Positions 63,715 to 64,000 of a stretch of 64,000 nucleotides of DNA are shown here, piece by piece. Within the stretch, counting starts at the first letter, position 1, and each line of letters opens with the position of its first letter. A program made the position numbers and the translations under genes. This stretch comes from a virus, in the IMG/VR virus record IMGVR_UViG_3300013114_000583, positions 64,001 through 128,000 of that record; one strand, given 5' to 3'. Under the pieces are notes generated by a model that did no database searches, was not told the origin of the DNA, and saw only the letters and a list, made by a program, of their open reading frames with translations.

Positions 63715-64000
63715 TCATTTAATTTTGTTAATTTCATAAAGTAAATAGTTATCAGAATTTATATCTGTAACTGTATTCATAAGATTTTTTACTTCATTTC
63801 TTTTCATATCACCCAAATCTCTTTTGTCTCCCATCTTTAAAAATTTAACATCTAAGTCTATCTCTGATAAAAGTTTATATATTTTAAGCGATTTGTCATA
63901 AGCATCTGCATCCAAAGCCAAAATAACTTTTGGGCGCTCCTTATTCAATGTATTAATTAGTCTACTGTTTTCTTTTAGTGTTGAACCTAAAATAGGAATT
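63715..64000 (-). CDS. DNA primase, C-terminal TOPRIM portion (partial)
   Basis: IPILGSTL...VILALDADA...RDLGDM; frame open to the window edge. Confidence 0.8.
   Translation of the reverse strand, partial: IPILGSTLKENSRLINTLNKERPKVILALDADAYDKSLKIYKLLSEIDLDVKFLKMGDKRDLGDMKRNEVKNLMNTVTDINSDNYLLYEINKIK

Noticed and set aside
1-64000. Bacterial chromosome or prophage, suggested by dnaE, groEL, clpP, recA, guaB and rpsU
   Set aside because: These genes are divergent, co-oriented and interleaved with T4-like genes; there is no integrase or host operon context
1-64000. Stop-codon reassignment
   Set aside because: Conserved genes are full length in the standard code, and TAA, TAG and TGA all end genes
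1-64000. tRNA or other structured RNA genes
   Set aside because: Intergenic gaps are short and no cloverleaf or T-loop context was seen by eye; tRNAscan/Infernal were not run

Overview
This window is a 64-kb segment of a large T4-like (myovirus, 'jumbo/huge'-type) phage genome. Almost all genes lie on the minus strand, use the standard genetic code and have clear GGAGG/GAGG Shine-Dalgarno sites. In transcription order (right to left) it holds: the primase C-terminus, an SbcD-SbcC (Mre11-Rad50) fusion, a possible holin/spanin cluster, terminase, portal, prohead protease, ribosomal protein bS21, scaffold, a 687-aa major capsid protein, neck and tail-terminator proteins, a 1698-aa repeat-rich fibre, sheath, tube, tail-assembly chaperone, tape measure and baseplate genes. 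A replication/metabolism block follows: a PolA-like domain, a degenerate tubulin/FtsZ-like protein, SSB, RecA, 5'-exonuclease, DnaB-like helicase, class II RNR, a GapR/DsbA-like protein, GroES, ThyX, a myxobacterial-type vWA lipoprotein, DnaE, dUTPase, IMPDH, a sigma-region-4 protein, ClpP, GroEL and glutaredoxin. The strongest unexplained signal is at 43361-43541. There a plus-strand sigma70-like promoter (TTGCCA-17-TAAAAT) points into seven tandem 19-bp units, each reading ATG-AAY-TAA (Met-Asn-stop) and six preceded by a Shine-Dalgarno site, i.e. a candidate minigene array. Other notable signals are a +1/-2 frameshift at a U7 run in the tail chaperone, a two-class promoter system (extended -10 versus a CTAnTTA late motif), a candidate virion-packaged PD-(D/E)xK nuclease, and several apparent pseudo-enzymes. 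All calls come from motif recognition by eye; no searches were run.
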